Below, piece by piece: positions 59,649 through 64,000 of a stretch of DNA of 64,000 nucleotides. The notes under the pieces are model-generated. The model had not been told where the DNA came from, ran no database searches, and worked only from the letters and a program-made list of their open reading frames with translations. Origin of the DNA: the human T2T-CHM13v2.0 reference genome, Homo sapiens; NCBI RefSeq assembly GCF_009914755.1, contig NC_060927.1. One strand, written 5' to 3'. The translations under genes and the position numbers were made by a program. Within the stretch, counting starts at the first letter, position 1. Each line of letters opens with the position of its first letter.

Positions 59649-59684
59649 TGCACAAAAGCTGCACAAAATCTGCACAAAAGCTGC
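59649..59684. repeat. 11-bp tandem repeat x3
   Basis: tgcacaaaa(g/t)c x3. Confidence 0.85.
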
Positions 59685-60476
59685 TTAGCAAAGCCTAGGG
59701 TTGCTTTGCTGATTCCCAGGAATTTAGAGAACAAGGTGACAAGATGTTGGTGTTTGGTGTATCTCCTTTAAAAAATCATATCAATAAAGGGTTTTATTAA
59801 TTTTCCATGTCACCAATCATTTTTCTCCCAAACATACCTTGAAAGCAGATGGACTTTATCTCTCTCTACAGAGTGGAACCTCAAGTATAGATATGCATTG
59901 GTCTGCTCAGGATCATCCAGCGAGTTACTGACAGATTTGGGGATGCCAAGCACCAGTAAAGAAAGGAATGTCCTCTCCTTTTATGACACCTTCCTTCACC
60001 TTCCCAGTCAGTCCTGATCTCTCTCACCACCTCTCTCTTACAGAACTCACTCTCCAGGCTCTCATGGCACGTAGTTTTGTACCTTGTCATTTCCACTGCT
60101 AGATTGCAGGCTCTTTTAGTCTCTCTAGCAGAGGATAGTACACGGTGGCCGTCCATGGCAATACTTTTGTCTCTTTCCATCTTTTGTCTCTTTCTGTCTT
60201 CTCTTCTGCTTCCACAGTGTATCTGTGCCTTTCTATGTATCATCTCCTGAGGGAGAGTGATTTTCTCAAAACGGATTTTGCCTGTGTTATATTTACGACT
60301 GGGACCAGCCTGAGGTTGTTGTGGTAATGAGGGTCTTCTTGGGATAAAGTTTTCTGTTTGTGTTTTCCAATTTAAAGGAGCAATTCTCCTTTTCAGGGAC
60401 TTGAAATACCTAAGGGAAAGACAGAAATAAGCTCTAGCTAGGAAACATGGTTTTCTCTTCTTTTAAAATAATTATT

Positions 60477-60775
60477 GGCCGGATGGGGTGGCTCATACCT
60501 GTAATCCTAACACTTTGGGAGGCCAAGGCAGGAGGATGGCTTGAGCCCAGGAGTTTGGGACCAGCCTGGGCAACATAGTGAGAACCCATCTCTACCAAAA
60601 ATAAAAAATAAAAAATTAGCTGGGCATTGTGGCATGTGCCTATAGTCCCAGCTACTCAGGAGCTGAGGTGAGAGGATTGCTTGAGCCCAGGATTTCGAGG
60701 CTACGGTGAGCCGTGTTCAAGCTATTGCACTCCAGTCTGAGTGGCAGAGCAAGACCCTATCTCAAATTTAAAAAC
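60477..60775 (+). mobile_element. AluJ
   Basis: Dimer; TSD aaaa(t/c)aattatt. Confidence 0.9.
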
Positions 60776-61326
60776 AGAGAAACATAAATAAAACAATTAT
60801 TATAAAACATTTGATACATACATATATTACTAACCCGTATAACACATATATTTATGTGTAAATATATAAACATATGTAAGTTATAAAAGTTAATAATAAA
60901 ACAAATACCAGAGAAGCAAAATCCAACTTAAAAATAAAACATCACCAATACTGTTGAAGCTACCTTTACATTTCTCCTTAATTTCATCTCTCTGCTTTCT
61001 CTCTACCCACTCCACTGAGACACTATTGTGAATTTTGTATTTGTCATTTTCTTACTTTTTAAATAGATTTTTTTTCTTTTTTCTTTTTTCTCAGACCTCT
61101 CAGGGATAAATTTTCTTTATAGATTTAATACATAGGTATTGATCACAAAACAATGTATTATTTAGTTTTGCATTTTTGAACTTCAGATAAATATAATACA
61201 ATACATTTTTGGTATTTTGCTTTTTTAAACAGCATTATATTAGAGTCAAATGTTATTTTATGTATAGTTATAGTCCATTTATTCTCACTGCTATGTAGTA
61301 CTCTATTATGTGAATATCCCACAGTA

Positions 61327-61604
<278 letters not shown>

Positions 61605-61659
61605 ATTCCACAGTATTTTTAATCATTCTCCTGTTGCTGGAAACTTCGGTTGTTTCTGC

Positions 61660-61955
<296 letters not shown>

Positions 61956-62064
61956 GGTTGTTTCTGTTTTTTGTTTGTTTGTTTGTTTTCTGTTACTAAC
62001 AATGCTGCTAGAAGATTCTTTCTATGTCTCCTAGTCCAGACATGTGAGGGTTTCTGTAAGGTAT

Positions 62065-62758
62065 TTGGCAGTTCTTGGTTTGGTTTACTCTCAGATCCAG
62101 TTCTCGCCTTTCTGCTGCTCTGCTTTGTATACAGAAGGCGGACACCCAAAGCTGTGTGTTTCAGGGTTTTGTGTCAGCTGGGTTGGTGTGTGGGAGGCAC
62201 CGGAGAGGGAGATTGGAGGGCACAAAGAAGAAAGAAGCCAGGTATTTGTCCCCCTCTCTCTGTCTTGAATGGTCTTTCTGTGAGTAGCAGTGGCTGAGTG
62301 TCTTCCTGGCTCTCGGTTCGGGACGGGTCCACTGTGGTTCTAGCTTCTGCCAGGTGATTATTGTCCATGCATTTCTTTAACATTGTTTCCTTTGTCTTGC
62401 TAGCCTAGGGGTCATCAAACTTTTCTTGTAAAGGAGCAGAGAGTAAAATATTTTAGTCTTTATAGGTCATACAGTCTCTGTTGCACTCAACTCTGTGAGT
62501 GGGTGTGTCTGTGTTCCAATAAAACTTTATTTCCAAAAACTAGCAGTGAGCTGGATTTGGGTTGCAGGCTATTGTTGGCTGCCTCCTGCCTAGCCTAAGG
62601 GTTGTAGTAGCTGCCTGCTGTTGCTAATGTTTCCATTGCTTCATTAACCTGTTTGGTTTCTCAGGTGTTTCATCACATCACAGTTTCCTTCATTCATTAA
62701 CCTATGTCACAAATACTTAGGTGTTTGCAGATTTTCTGGTAGGACTCTGGCTGATTCA
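62065..62758 (+). mobile_element. ERVL-type LTR (LTR33/16-like), interrupted by MER58
   Basis: ctcagatccagttctcgccttt...ttttctggtaggactctggctgattca. Confidence 0.4.
62406..62588. mobile_element. MER58A-like hAT MITE
   Basis: aggggtcatcaaact...gttccaataaaactttattt...cctg; flanking ctagcc duplication. Confidence 0.75.
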
Positions 62759-63010
62759 AGGTTATACTAAGGATTAGAATTGCTGGGTTGTAAGTTATGT
62801 ACATTTTCAGCCCTAACAAGATGTCAGATTATTTTCTAAAATTCATTGTACCAATTTCCAGTTCTTCCAGGTATATGAAAGAGCTCTCTTTGATTCCTGT
62901 CTTTGCTAACACTTGGTGTTATCAGACCTCTTAATTTTGGCTAACCTGGTGGGTTTAAAATGGCATATTAAACCATTGGCATATTATCATGGTATTAAAT
63001 TTCATTTACT

Positions 63011-63300
63011 GGCCCTGTGTGTTGGCTCATGCCTGTAATCTCAGCACTTTGGGAGGCCGAGGCAAGAGGATTTCTTGAGACCAGCCTAGGCAACATCATA
63101 AGTGAGACCCCATCTCTACAGAAAATTAAAAAATTAGCTGGGCATAGTGGCATGTGCCTGTGGTCTCAGCTACTCCTAGGAGGCTGAGGGGGGTGCTCAC
63201 TTGAGCCGGGGAGATCAAGGCTGCGCTGAACCATGTTCTTATCACTGCTCTACAGCCTGAGCAACACAGTCAGACCCTGTCTCAAAAAAAAAAAAAAAAA
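63011..63300 (+). mobile_element. AluJ
   Basis: Dimer with left-arm deletion, A-tail. Confidence 0.88.
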
Positions 63301-63559
63301 CATTCACCCACTTGCTATATTTATTCGCTGTTCATGTTTCTTTTTCTGTGAAATCTCTGTTCCCAGGGATAAAACTCAAAATATTTTTAAAACATGTTAA
63401 ACAATATGGCAGGTTTTTCACACTCAGTATTTCAAAGTTGTGCTGCTGGATGAGTATCAACCCCATCTATTCCATTCTTTGTTCATTTGGTTGTCTTATT
63501 TCTCCCCTTTCAGTGATAATTCTTTCTATTATTTATTTTCATGGTTGTTCCAGGACTAA

Positions 63560-64000
63560 CACTATAAATTCTCAGCCTATCAAAATATTAATAGTGAATA
63601 TTGTACCACTTCACACTTCAGGTGTCCCACCTGATACTTTCCACATCCAATAACCTTAAAATGGCACAATTCCATTAACCTGCCACCCCATTCTTTGTGC
63701 TATTATTGTCATATCTTTTATTTCTATATACATGATAAATGCCACCTTACAATATTATTTTTTTCTTTAAGCAGTCAGTTGTCATTGAAAGGAATTAGAA
63801 GATAAAAAAGTTTTTAAAATTTACCCTCTTATTTACCAATTCTGGCACTCTTCATTTTTTTTTCTGTAGTTCCAGATTTCCATCTGGTATTATTTTTCTT
63901 TATCCTGAAGAATATCCTTTAGCATTTCTTGTAAAGCAGGTCTGCTGGTGCCAGATTCTCCTGGCTTTTGTTTATCTGCAAATGTCTTCATTCATCCCTG
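63560..64000 (-). mobile_element. Old L1M fragment
   Basis: cctttagcatttcttgtaaagcaggtctgctggtg...ttttgtttatctg (reverse of L1M ORF1 end). Confidence 0.6.

Overview
This is primate, most likely human, non-coding DNA dominated by transposable elements. It holds about 55 Alu/7SL-derived SINEs, two full-length LINE-1s, several solo LTRs (MER4-like, LTR8-like, MST/MLT), and older L1M/HAL1, L2, MIR and hAT fragments. The first full-length L1 is a young L1PA2/L1HS-like copy on the minus strand (16254-22296) with intact ORF1 and ORF0 but a disabled ORF2. The second is a decayed L1PA6-like copy on the plus strand (42123-48273), followed by a 5'-inverted truncated L1 (48376-49498). I cannot identify a host protein-coding gene, RNA gene or CRISPR array, and nearly all ORF-track entries are Alu/L1 translations. 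I do not see a demonstrably new biological system. The best leads are: (i) the intact L1 antisense-promoter/ORF0 module facing a strong splice acceptor and an E2F/YY1/ARE cluster, (ii) a ~1 kb tail-to-tail L1 inverted repeat, (iii) two independent L1 lesions at the same 7-nt ORF2 site, and (iv) speculative phase-compatible exon chains in the unique islands. Repeat subfamily names come from my recall of consensus sequences, and the boundaries of old repeats are approximate.
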